Shown here one piece after another: positions 1 through 9,132 of a stretch of DNA of 64,000 bases (position 1 is its first letter; every line of letters starts with the position of its first letter). The notes under the pieces were generated by a model that worked only from the letters and a program-made list of their open reading frames with translations, did not search any database and was not told where the DNA came from. The stretch is from Tannerellaceae bacterium. GTDB lineage: Bacteria > Bacteroidota > Bacteroidia > Bacteroidales > CAMTPD01. The stretch covers positions 16,177 through 80,176 of the forward strand of contig JBOFPV010000136.1 in the NCBI GenBank assembly GCA_051660585.1, written 5' to 3'. The translations under genes and the position numbers were made by a program.

Positions 1-1
1 G

Positions 2-268
2 TTGATTGCTAATATGTATGCTTCTTCAGCTGCGTCACTTTATCCTGGTGATCCGGTAATGCAGAAAGTGGTTTACTATTTGGTAATTGATAAGTTGGAA
101 AAAGCGAGATCAGTAGATCCTTCATGTGCAGATCAAGTAAATCCAATGATTTCTAGATATCGCAGCTCATTGCCATCTAAAGAAGATATCTTCATGCACC
201 CTGATTTGGAAAACGGTAAAACAGTAACTATCGGCGGTTGGATTGGCGAAAGAACAACTATCAGATAA
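2..268 (+). CDS. 3' end of a CDS that begins upstream of the window; conserved hypothetical, function not assignable
   Basis: ORF is open to the left edge with its stop at 266-268. No diagnostic motif in the 88 aa visible. Confidence 0.4.
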   Translation: MIANMYASSAASLYPGDPVMQKVVYYLVIDKLEKARSVDPSCADQVNPMISRYRSSLPSKEDIFMHPDLENGKTVTIGGWIGERTTIR

Positions 269-276
269 TATTTGAT

Positions 277-939
277 ATGACAAATAAGCGTATTCACGAA
301 AATACGAGAAATAAAAAGAGCATAACAACCGCACTTGGTGTGGTTGTTATGCTTCTCTTTTTCATAGGGTGTGGGAAAGAGAAGACGGAGGTAATTCCTT
401 CGGTGTTGAATCCGGACTCCATTTATATGATGCGCACAATAGATGCAACGTCTCTTATTTCAGATTCTGGCTATACCCGTTATCGTTTGACTGCACCCGA
501 GTGGTTGATGTATTCGCGTGCAACCGAGCCATATTGGTATTTTCCCAAAGGGGCGTATCTGGAGAAGTTTGATACATTATTTAATGTGGAAGCAACTGTC
601 GTGGCTGATACCGTAACTTATTTTGATAAGAAAAGATTATGGGTGTTGGTCGGAAATGTGCATATTGAGAATGTTGACGGAACAAAATTTGATAGCCAAG
701 AGTTGTATTTAGATGAGCGAAATGATAAAGTTTCATCAACGAAGCTTATTCGTATTGAGCAAAAGGATGGAAGTATAACGACAGGTGTTGGGTTTGAGTC
801 AAATATGGCGATGACCGATTACCATATTCTTTCTGCGGCAGGTGAATTTATTGTGAGCGAAACAACGAACGATACAACTATGACTGCTAACGAAGCGACT
901 GATTCGATAGCAATAACGACAGATTCGATTAAAAAATAG
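277..939 (+). CDS. LptC-like (OstA-like) periplasmic LPS-transport lipoprotein
   Basis: The internal ATG at 277 avoids overlap with the upstream CDS. It gives MTNKR...LLFFIGCGKE, a signal peptide plus lipobox Cys. The rest resembles Bacteroidales LptC, recognised from memory only. Confidence 0.55.
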   Translation: MTNKRIHENTRNKKSITTALGVVVMLLFFIGCGKEKTEVIPSVLNPDSIYMMRTIDATSLISDSGYTRYRLTAPEWLMYSRATEPYWYFPKGAYLEKFDTLFNVEATVVADTVTYFDKKRLWVLVGNVHIENVDGTKFDSQELYLDERNDKVSSTKLIRIEQKDGSITTGVGFESNMAMTDYHILSAAGEFIVSETTNDTTMTANEATDSIAITTDSIKK

Positions 940-941
940 CT

Positions 942-2195
942 ATGAGTACAACGATTACATACGTTTTAATAAGTTTGGCTTTTTCGGCTTTCTTTTCCGG
1001 GATGGAAATAGCTTTTGTTTCGGCAAATAAGCTAAGAGTCGAAATTGAAAAGAAGAATGGGGTGTCAGGTTCAATTATTGATATCTTCCTGAAGAATCCA
1101 AATCAATTTATTTCAACGATGTTGGTCGGGAATAATATCGCCTTGGTTGTATATGGTTTGCAAATGGCGTTACTTCTAGAGCCGATGATAAAACTGGTTG
1201 TACATCAAGAAGCAATCGTTGTATTAATTCAGACTATTTTATCGACGTTGCTAATTTTGTTTGCAGGGGAATTTATTCCCAAAACGATATTTAAGATCAA
1301 TCCAAGTATGGCTTTAAATATCTTTGCAATACCATTATTTGCATTTTACATCGTGTTGTATCCGATCTCAATCTTTACCTCATTCATCTCACAACTCATA
1401 TTGAGAGTTTTGGGATTGAAAAAAGATGGAGTAAATACTCGTACGCTAGGAAAAGTAGATCTCGACTATTTTATTCAACAAAGTATAGATGAATCTTCGG
1501 AGTTGTCAGAGATGGATACTGAGGTCAAGATCTTTCAAAACGCATTGGACTTTTCCAATGTGAGACTACGCGATTGTATGATCCCTCGAAATGAGATTGT
1601 AGCCTGTGAATTTAATGCTACCTCTGATGATCTGCGTGCAAAATTTATTGAGACAGGCTTGTCAAAGATTTTGGTCTATAAAAGCAGTGTAGATGATATT
1701 GTGGGGTATATTCACTCTTCTGAACTATTTAATAAGCCCGACGACTGGACCAAACAAATCAATACCATTTCGCTTGTGCCTGAAACAATGGCTGCAAACA
1801 AGTTGATGAAAGTACTCATGCAGGCTAAGAAAAGTATTGCTGTTGTGGTAGACGAGTTTGGTGGTACATCCGGAATTGTAACATTAGAGGATCTTGTCGA
1901 AGAGATTTTTGGAGATATAGAAGATGAACATGATGTGAAATCATTAGTGGCAAAACGTATTTCTGAAACAGAATTTGTTTTGTCTGGGCGTTTAGAGATA
2001 AGTACGGTCAACGAAAAGTTTGGTTTGTCGTTGCCTGAGTCTGATGAATATTTAACATTAGCAGGCTGGATTCTTCATGTTTGTCAACGTTTCCCAAAAT
2101 TAAACGAGACCCTTAAGATTGATAAATACACTTTTAAAATATTGAACGTTACCTCTACGAAGATCGAATTGGTGCGACTCAAACTAGAGGAGTAG
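942..2195 (+). CDS. CNNM/DUF21-CBS-CorC_HlyC family membrane protein (hemolysin-like / GldE-like)
   Basis: N-terminal TM segments, a central CBS-pair region, and a C-terminal TLEDLVEEIFGDIEDEHD motif typical of CorC/HlyC transporter-associated domains. Confidence 0.8.
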   Translation: MSTTITYVLISLAFSAFFSGMEIAFVSANKLRVEIEKKNGVSGSIIDIFLKNPNQFISTMLVGNNIALVVYGLQMALLLEPMIKLVVHQEAIVVLIQTILSTLLILFAGEFIPKTIFKINPSMALNIFAIPLFAFYIVLYPISIFTSFISQLILRVLGLKKDGVNTRTLGKVDLDYFIQQSIDESSELSEMDTEVKIFQNALDFSNVRLRDCMIPRNEIVACEFNATSDDLRAKFIETGLSKILVYKSSVDDIVGYIHSSELFNKPDDWTKQINTISLVPETMAANKLMKVLMQAKKSIAVVVDEFGGTSGIVTLEDLVEEIFGDIEDEHDVKSLVAKRISETEFVLSGRLEISTVNEKFGLSLPESDEYLTLAGWILHVCQRFPKLNETLKIDKYTFKILNVTSTKIELVRLKLEE

Positions 2196-2295
2196 CGATT
2201 TTTTTTTCTCTAAAATAGTGTTTAATGTTCTTTTGTTTGTATCTTCGTGCGATATAATTGAAAAAAATATAAACTTAAAAAAACGATAAAGATAG

Positions 2296-4437
2296 ATGGC
2301 AACGCTTGAGAAAATTAGAAGCAAGGCAGGATTACTGGTAATCGTTGTAGGTTTAGCATTGTTCGCCTTTATTATTGGAGACTTTCTAAACTCTGGAACG
2401 GCTTACTGGAGACACTCACAGGAAAAGATCGCCGTGATCGAAGGAATTCCCGTTAACATTCAGGAATATCAAAAGAAGGTAGAAGAGATGACAGAGATGT
2501 ATAAATCTCAAACCGGTATGACAAACATTCCGGAAGAGTATGCTTCTCAAATCCGTCAGACTGTTTTTGATACAATGGTACGCGAAATCGTATTGGGAGA
2601 AGAAACTTCAAAACTAGGAATGGAAGTTACGCCGGAAGAACTATTTGATATGGTTCAAGGTAACAACATTTCTCCAGTTATTCAACAAATGGGAATGTTC
2701 AAGAATCCACAAACTGGTGCTTTTGATAAAACTCAACTGTTGAACTTCTTGAAAGCAATCAATGATGATGCTTCTGCTGTTTCGGGTGAGCAAGCGGCTC
2801 AACTGCAACAAGCAAAAGACTTCTGGTTGTTTTGGGAAAAGAACATGAAACAACAACGTTTGGAAGAGAAGTTTGCAACATTATTGTCGAAAGCAGTTTC
2901 TGCAAACAATATTGATGCTTTGGATGCATTCGAAGCTTCTTCAAACAATGCTGATATCGCTTATGTAATGCAATCTTATTCTACAATCGCAGATTCTTCT
3001 GTAGTTGTAACAGATGCTGAAATTGAAAAACTTTATAACCAACGCAAAGAAGCTTTCAAACAAGCTGAAGGTAGAGTGGTTAGTTATATCGCTGTAGATA
3101 TCGTACCAAGTCAGGAAGACTTTGATAAAGTTAGCTCTGATATGGAAAGCGTAAAAACAGAGCTTACAGCAGCAGGTGCAGCAGAAGTTGCAGATGTTGT
3201 AAATGACAACTCAGATATTCCTTTCCTTGATGCATACCTTGCAGGTGGATCTATGGATGCTGAAATGAAAAACTTCGTTCAAAACGCTAACGAAGGAGAA
3301 ACTTATGGTCCGGTGTTTGAAAACAACACTTACAAGATGTTTAAGCTTGTGTCTAAAGTTTCGGCTCCAGACTCAGTATTGGTAAGCCAAATCTTGATCC
3401 CTAATATGGGTGATGAGAAGCGTGCAGCACAATTGGCAGATAGCTTGAAAACAGTGTTGAAAGGTGGCGCTAACTTTGCAGAAATTGCACAACAATATTC
3501 AGCAGATGGTGCAGCACAAAACGGAGGTGAACTTGGTTGGTTTACTGAAGCAGGTGCTTTGCAAGCTGTAGATAACAACTTCAAAAACGCGATCTTTAAT
3601 GCTCCGGTAAATGAAGTTGTAGATATGAAAACAATGTATGGTACTCACCTTTTGAAGGTGACAAAGAAAACAGCAAACGTAGACAAATATAAAGTTGCGA
3701 ACGTTCAAATGACTGTTTCTCCAAGCTCTCGTACTTACAGTGGTATTTACAACGACCTAAATCAGTTCGTTGCAAACAACGGAAGTTCTGATAAAATGGA
3801 AGGCGCAGCTTCTGAGGCAGGTTACACATTTATGAAGAACGTTCCTGTTACAGGTGCTGATCAAACTTTGGGTGCTGCTAAAAACTCACGTCAAGTTATT
3901 CGTTGGGCGTTTGGCGCAGACAAAGGTACTGTATCGGAAATCTTCGAAGCAGACAATCAATTTATTGTTGCAATTGTAGAAGGTAAAGTAAAAGAAGGAT
4001 ACAAACCTGTTAAATCTGTATCTCCAATGCTTAAAGCTGAACTTGTAGCACAGAAAAAAGGTGAGATGATCATCGCTGAGCTTGCAAAGAAAAGCTGCAC
4101 TTCTCTAGATCAGTATGCAAACGCAATGGGTTCTAAGGTTGACAGCGTTAAATTTGTAGGCTTCGATACGCGTCGTATTACAAATGTAGGTTTCGAGCCG
4201 AAGATCAATGCAGCAGTTGCAGGTGCTACACAAGGTAAACTATCTGCTCCGATTGCAGGAAACAACGGTGTTTATGTGGTACAAGTTACAGCCGTAAACA
4301 AAGATGCTCAGCCTTATGATGCAGCAGCTGAAAAAGCTACATTGAATGCATCAAATGCATATCGCTTGAGCTTCCAAGCTGTTCAAGAGCTTATCAACAA
4401 AGCAGAAATCGAAGATAATAGAGTTCGTTTCTATTAA
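2296..4437 (+). CDS. ppiD: PpiD-type periplasmic chaperone / parvulin peptidyl-prolyl isomerase
   Basis: 713 aa with an N-terminal membrane anchor (LLVIVVGLALFAFIIG), a long SurA_N-like region and a parvulin segment (GGELGWFTEAGALQ...THLLKV). Confidence 0.75.
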   Translation: MATLEKIRSKAGLLVIVVGLALFAFIIGDFLNSGTAYWRHSQEKIAVIEGIPVNIQEYQKKVEEMTEMYKSQTGMTNIPEEYASQIRQTVFDTMVREIVLGEETSKLGMEVTPEELFDMVQGNNISPVIQQMGMFKNPQTGAFDKTQLLNFLKAINDDASAVSGEQAAQLQQAKDFWLFWEKNMKQQRLEEKFATLLSKAVSANNIDALDAFEASSNNADIAYVMQSYSTIADSSVVVTDAEIEKLYNQRKEAFKQAEGRVVSYIAVDIVPSQEDFDKVSSDMESVKTELTAAGAAEVADVVNDNSDIPFLDAYLAGGSMDAEMKNFVQNANEGETYGPVFENNTYKMFKLVSKVSAPDSVLVSQILIPNMGDEKRAAQLADSLKTVLKGGANFAEIAQQYSADGAAQNGGELGWFTEAGALQAVDNNFKNAIFNAPVNEVVDMKTMYGTHLLKVTKKTANVDKYKVANVQMTVSPSSRTYSGIYNDLNQFVANNGSSDKMEGAASEAGYTFMKNVPVTGADQTLGAAKNSRQVIRWAFGADKGTVSEIFEADNQFIVAIVEGKVKEGYKPVKSVSPMLKAELVAQKKGEMIIAELAKKSCTSLDQYANAMGSKVDSVKFVGFDTRRITNVGFEPKINAAVAGATQGKLSAPIAGNNGVYVVQVTAVNKDAQPYDAAAEKATLNASNAYRLSFQAVQELINKAEIEDNRVRFY

Positions 4438-4460
4438 TCGTTCGTAGATAAATAACAAAG

Positions 4461-4497
4461 AAAGGTCATTTCGATTATCGGAATGACCTTTTTTTAT
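4461..4497 (+). terminator. Rho-independent terminator after ppiD
   Basis: aaaggtcatttcg / cggaatgaccttt stem (one G.U pair) with a 5-nt loop, followed by a T-run. Confidence 0.7.
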
Positions 4498-4585
4498 TAT
4501 CTTCGAATTTATAGTAACAAAACTAGTGTTTCTTAATCACGTAAATTTGTGTAAGTTTGCATTCTAACTTACGAATAATACAAGT

Positions 4586-5629
4586 ATGGCAAAGAAAAAA
4601 TTATTGGGAATGACCCTGAACGAGTTAAAACAAGTGGTTCAGGAAGTAGGATTGCCGGGCTTTGCTGCAAAGCAAATTGCAGACTGGCTATATAAAAAGC
4701 GCGTTGTTTCCATAGATCAGATGACAAACATTGCCGTAGCCAAACGAAATCTTCTTAGCGAAGCATACGAAGTAGGAGCTGTGCCTCCTTCCGAATTTGT
4801 GAAATCTGTAGATGGAACAATCAAATACCTTTTTCAAACACCTTCAAACAACTATATCGAATCGGTTTACATTCCTGACAAAGAGCGTGCAACGTTGTGC
4901 GTGTCTTCGCAAGTAGGATGTAAAATGAACTGTCTGTTTTGTATGACCGGTAAGCAAGGCTTTACCGCAAACCTTACAGCCAACGAAATCTTGAATCAAA
5001 TTCAATCGATTCCGGAGTCGGCACAATTGACCAACCTTGTTTTCATGGGAATGGGTGAGCCTCTCGATAATGTAGAACACTTATTTAAGGTGCTCGAAAT
5101 CTTGACCGCCGATTATGGGTATGCCTGGAGTCCAAAACGAATCACTGTTTCTACCATTGGGGTGATGAAAGGGTTGAAAAGATTTTTGGAAGAAAGCTCT
5201 TGCCATCTGGCAGTGAGTTTGCACTCGCCATTTCCGGCAGAGCGCTTGTCGATCATGCCGGTAGAAAAACCGTTTCCGGTAAAAGAGGTTATTGATCTGA
5301 TCAAGCAGTATGACTTTGAGCACCAACGTCGCGTATCGTTCGAATACATCATGTTTGAAGGATTTAACGACACACTGCGTCATGCCGAAGCCTTGCGCCA
5401 GTTGGTCGAAGGGCTGCATTGTCGTGTAAATTTGATTCGTTTCCATGCAATTCCAAACGTTGATTTGCAGAGCTCAAACGAAAAGAATATGACTGCATTT
5501 AGAGATTATCTAACGAAGAAAGGAGTGATCTGTACCATTCGCTCTTCGCGAGGTGAGGATATTTTTGCAGCATGCGGAATGTTATCTACTGCGAAAAAGC
5601 AAGAACAAAATGGCATAGAAAATTGCTAA
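4586..5629 (+). CDS. rlmN: 23S rRNA/tRNA (adenine-C2)-methyltransferase RlmN, radical SAM
   Basis: CKMNCLFCMTG CxxxCxxC motif, C-terminal GEDIFAACGML, and typical length of 347 aa. Confidence 0.9.
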   Translation: MAKKKLLGMTLNELKQVVQEVGLPGFAAKQIADWLYKKRVVSIDQMTNIAVAKRNLLSEAYEVGAVPPSEFVKSVDGTIKYLFQTPSNNYIESVYIPDKERATLCVSSQVGCKMNCLFCMTGKQGFTANLTANEILNQIQSIPESAQLTNLVFMGMGEPLDNVEHLFKVLEILTADYGYAWSPKRITVSTIGVMKGLKRFLEESSCHLAVSLHSPFPAERLSIMPVEKPFPVKEVIDLIKQYDFEHQRRVSFEYIMFEGFNDTLRHAEALRQLVEGLHCRVNLIRFHAIPNVDLQSSNEKNMTAFRDYLTKKGVICTIRSSRGEDIFAACGMLSTAKKQEQNGIENC

Positions 5630-5648
5630 TAATATAAACACATCTACT

Positions 5649-6692
5649 ATGAAACGACTAAGTTCTCTGATTCTGTTTATCTGCATGATGGTAGGGATTA
5701 CCTCATGTAAAGATGGAGCACCGGTATTTGTTAATTCAACCGGAGCACCGTATGATTTGGTACTTGTAATGGATCAGGCTCAGTGGAAAAGCCCGATCGG
5801 AGACGAAGTATTTAATGTCTTTAACGCTGATGTTCCGGGGTTGCCTCAAAGCGAGCCGCTATTTAAGATCAATTACACTCCGCCGAAACATTTTGACCGA
5901 ATCATGAAACTGGTTCGTAACATTGTATTGGTAGAGATCAACCCAGAGCGTTACTCTCAAGGAAAAGTTTCTTTCTCTCGAGATTTGTGGGCAAAGAATC
6001 AATTGATTGTAAAGATTCAAGCACCAGACGATGCTGCAATGAAAGCATTACTGGATGAAAAGAAACAATACATAGTAGACTTGTTTGTTAACAACGAGTT
6101 GAAACGCGTAGAGGCTATTCTCAAAGATGGATATAGCAAAGCAGCCTATGATACTGTAATGGACGTTTTCGGAGTTGAGTTTAGAGTACCTCAAGAATTG
6201 AACAAAATGAAACGTGGCGAAAACTTTATCTGGTTTTCAAACGATGCCGGATCGGGTCGTCGCGACTTGTTGATCTATTCATTCCCATTCACAGATCCGA
6301 AAACCTTTACACAAGAATACTTGATCGCAAAACGCGACTCTGTAGTTAAAGTAAACATTCCGGGTGGACCAGAAGGTTCTTATATGGTAACCGAAACGTT
6401 GATTCCTCCGGTAATGAAAGATCTCAACTTCAGAGGCGACTACGCAGCCGAACTACGCGGATTGTGGAAAATGCACAACGACGTAATGGGTGGTCCTTTC
6501 GTATGCATTGCACGCTTGGATAAGTCGACCAATCAAGTAATCGTAGTAGAAGGATTTGTATACGCTCCTGAAAAGAAAAAACGTAACTTTGTACGACAAT
6601 TGGAAGGCGCATTGCATACATTGAAATTTAAATCAGATAAAGAAACAGTCGAAGCTCAGCCGGTTCCAATTAGTGACGAGGTTGAAAATTAA
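5649..6692 (+). CDS. DUF4837-like lipoprotein
   Basis: Signal peptide plus lipobox (MVGITSCKD). The position between rlmN and pdxA is typical of Bacteroidales. Family call is from memory. Confidence 0.55.
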   Translation: MKRLSSLILFICMMVGITSCKDGAPVFVNSTGAPYDLVLVMDQAQWKSPIGDEVFNVFNADVPGLPQSEPLFKINYTPPKHFDRIMKLVRNIVLVEINPERYSQGKVSFSRDLWAKNQLIVKIQAPDDAAMKALLDEKKQYIVDLFVNNELKRVEAILKDGYSKAAYDTVMDVFGVEFRVPQELNKMKRGENFIWFSNDAGSGRRDLLIYSFPFTDPKTFTQEYLIAKRDSVVKVNIPGGPEGSYMVTETLIPPVMKDLNFRGDYAAELRGLWKMHNDVMGGPFVCIARLDKSTNQVIVVEGFVYAPEKKKRNFVRQLEGALHTLKFKSDKETVEAQPVPISDEVEN

Positions 6693-6707
6693 GATACAAT
6701 TGTTCAT

Positions 6708-7826
6708 ATGGAAAACAATCTAATAAAGGTAGGAATTACTCATGGCGATATCAATGGAATTGGATATGAAGTGATCCTGAAAGCATTCTCCGATTCCCGA
6801 TTATCAGAACTATGTATTCCGATAATTTATGGATCTTCTAAAATTGCTGCTTACCACCGCAAAGCGTTGGACTTGCCGGCAATCAATCTAAATATCATTA
6901 GTAGTGCTGAAGATGCGGGGCCAAACCGAGTAAACCTAATCAACTGTGTAGACGAGGACTTGAAAGTAGAACTTTCGAAGGTAACGCCTGCCGGTGGTGA
7001 AGCAGCTCTTCAATCCCTTCAAGCAGCGGTAAGCGATGCGCAGCGTGGCGCGATCGACGTGATCCTGACAGCACCGATCAACAAACATAACATTCAACGC
7101 GAAGGATTTCACTTTCCGGGACACACCGAATACTTCGAGCAAGAATTTGGCAACGGCCGTCGTTCGTTGATGATCTTGATGAATGATTACCTACGTGTTG
7201 CTTTGGTTACAGGGCATATCCCATTGAAAGATGTACCTGCTCAGGTAACCAAAGAAGAGATCTTGTTGAAGTTGAAAATCTTCAACCACTCGTTGAAGTC
7301 CGACTTTGGTATCGAGTGTCCGCGCATTGCCGTATTGTCGCTTAATCCGCATGCAGGCGAAAACGGATTGCTAGGAACAGAAGAGGATGAAATCATTGTT
7401 CCGGCTATCAAAGAAGCCGAGAAGAAAGGTATTTATGCATTCGGACCATACGCTTCGGACGGATTCTTCGGATCATCGTCGTATGATAAGTTTGACGGAG
7501 TATTGGCAATGTATCACGATCAAGGGCTTACGGCATTCAAAACCATTGCAATGGAAGATGGCGTAAACTTCACGGCCGGATTGTCTATCGTGCGCACATC
7601 TCCTGCACACGGAACAGCCTATGATATCGTTGGTCAGAATATTGCATCGGAAGAGTCGTTTAGAAAAGCACTCTATGCCGCACTCGATATTTATCGTAAT
7701 CGTGTAAGCTACAGAGAAGCAACAGCCAATCCGCTTAGAAAGCAATACTTCGACAGAAGTTCGGATAATGTAAAACTCGATCTTACAAAAGACGATAATG
7801 AAGATATCGTGATGACAAACGTATAA
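6708..7826 (+). CDS. pdxA: 4-hydroxythreonine-4-phosphate dehydrogenase PdxA
   Basis: FPGHTEY and LNPHAGENG motifs, 372 aa. Confidence 0.9.
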   Translation: MENNLIKVGITHGDINGIGYEVILKAFSDSRLSELCIPIIYGSSKIAAYHRKALDLPAINLNIISSAEDAGPNRVNLINCVDEDLKVELSKVTPAGGEAALQSLQAAVSDAQRGAIDVILTAPINKHNIQREGFHFPGHTEYFEQEFGNGRRSLMILMNDYLRVALVTGHIPLKDVPAQVTKEEILLKLKIFNHSLKSDFGIECPRIAVLSLNPHAGENGLLGTEEDEIIVPAIKEAEKKGIYAFGPYASDGFFGSSSYDKFDGVLAMYHDQGLTAFKTIAMEDGVNFTAGLSIVRTSPAHGTAYDIVGQNIASEESFRKALYAALDIYRNRVSYREATANPLRKQYFDRSSDNVKLDLTKDDNEDIVMTNV

Positions 7827-7845
7827 TAACTACGTATCAGATATG

Positions 7846-7906
7846 AAAGCCTTTGAGATGCAACATGGTAAAACATGGTTTGCAACTCAAAGGCTTTTTG
7901 TTTTTT
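7846..7906 (+). terminator. Long-stem terminator after pdxA
   Basis: aaagcctttgag(a)tgcaa ... ttgcaactcaaaggcttt inverted repeat followed by ttttgtttttt. Confidence 0.7.
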
Positions 7907-7931
7907 ACAACTGAGCGTATTGTGAAAAGAG

Positions 7932-8089
7932 AATTGTTTGATGGGCATCAAACAATTTAAAACTAGCGAAGAACAAATCGTTCGATGCTCATCAAACGAT
8001 TTAAACCTAGTGAAGAGAGAATCGTCAGGTGGCGGTCTGACGATTTAGTTATAGTGAAGAATGAATCGTCAGATGGCGATCTGACGATT
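7932..8089 (+). repeat. Tandem array A: four 44-bp units, each a 26-nt perfect or near-perfect hairpin plus an 18-nt conserved linker
   Basis: Hairpins lie at 7932-7957, 7976-8001, 8020-8045 and 8064-8089. Sequences: aattgtttgatg-gg-catcaaacaatt; aatcgttcgatg-ct-catcaaacgatt; aatcgtcagg-tggcgg-tctgacgatt; aatcgtcaga-tggcga-tctgacgatt. Linkers resemble t(a)aa(c)ctagtgaagaga. Confidence 0.9.
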
Positions 8090-8198
8090 TGCCGGTTACG
8101 AGAGAAGTAAAATGTTTACGGCCTAAAATGCCAATAAATTACATGTAGTTCAGATCTGTAAATCAAGGAGTCTATTGCGGAGATTGGAATAGATGTTG

Positions 8199-8206
8199 TA
8201 TCTTTG
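8199..8206 (+). promoter_or_regulatory. Candidate Bacteroidota -7 box (TAnnTTTG)
   Basis: tatctttg followed by caaccc. The same octamer precedes the second tRNA-Tyr gene on the minus strand (26873-26880). Confidence 0.35.
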
Positions 8207-8433
8207 CAACCCTTTTATAGAGTCTGTTGTTACATATTCGATTAGAGTTTGACGATGCTTCGATGTAAAGATAATATTACTCAGATATTACAAATGTGAG
8301 TAGTTTTTTTACTTTAGGTATCAAATTTGTTGATTTCTGGTGGTAAATATGTGTTAATTTCAATTGAAACTTTTGTGATACATAGATAAATTGACAAATT
8401 TGCAAGCTCTAAGAAATAACGAGTTTAACAGAT

Positions 8434-9132
8434 ATGAACTATGCTATAATAGCAGCCGGAGAAGGTTCCAGGCTGGCTCAAGAAGGTGTTAAGTTGCCTA
8501 AACCTCTCGTGAAACTCAACGGAGTTGCATTGATAGATCGACTAATTGATATATTTGTAAAGAATAATGCATCATCGATTACGGTAATCGTAAACGAAGA
8601 GATGCTACAGGTACAAGAACATTTAAAGAATAAAAAACTGAATGTACCTTTCAATTTAGTAGTAAAGTCTACGCCTAGTTCGATGCATAGCTTTTTTGAG
8701 CTAAGCAAATTTCTCGAAGGCGAGCGCTTTTGTCTTACTACGGTAGATACGATTTTTAAAGAAGACGAATTTGCCAAGTATATTGCTTACTGCGAACAAG
8801 CAGGTAGCGAAGAAGGCGTGATGGCAGTAACCGATTATATAGATGATGAAAAGCCTTTGTATATCAAAACAGACAACCAGAATCTGATAGAGAACTTCCT
8901 AGATCAAAACGACGGGACGTGTAAATATATTTCTGGAGGTATCTATTGCCTTACACCAAAAGCAATTGATGTTTTGAAAAATGCAATGGAAAACAATATA
9001 CATCGGATGCGAAACTATCAGCGATTACTTGCCGAAAAGGGATTAAAACTTACCGCTTTCCCATTTGCGAAAATTGTAGATGTAGATCATGCCGAAGATA
9101 TTGAGAAGGCCGAAGCTTTCTTAAGATCTTAA
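8434..9132 (+). CDS. Nucleotidyltransferase (NTP_transferase fold); candidate inositol-phosphate cytidylyltransferase
   Basis: N-terminal IIAAGEGSRLAQEGVKLPKPL signature of sugar/alcohol-phosphate nucleotidyltransferases. It is the first gene of the operon that ends in myo-inositol-1-phosphate synthase. Confidence 0.75.
   Translation: MNYAIIAAGEGSRLAQEGVKLPKPLVKLNGVALIDRLIDIFVKNNASSITVIVNEEMLQVQEHLKNKKLNVPFNLVVKSTPSSMHSFFELSKFLEGERFCLTTVDTIFKEDEFAKYIAYCEQAGSEEGVMAVTDYIDDEKPLYIKTDNQNLIENFLDQNDGTCKYISGGIYCLTPKAIDVLKNAMENNIHRMRNYQRLLAEKGLKLTAFPFAKIVDVDHAEDIEKAEAFLRS

Noticed and set aside
7932-8089. CRISPR array interpretation of the 44-bp periodic repeats (and of 47452-47609)
   Set aside because: The 18-nt 'spacers' are themselves conserved between units and between the two loci. 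There are only 4 units, the palindromic part is 26 nt with a full-length stem, and no cas genes are present. This is a REP/BIME-like structure, not repeat plus unique spacer.
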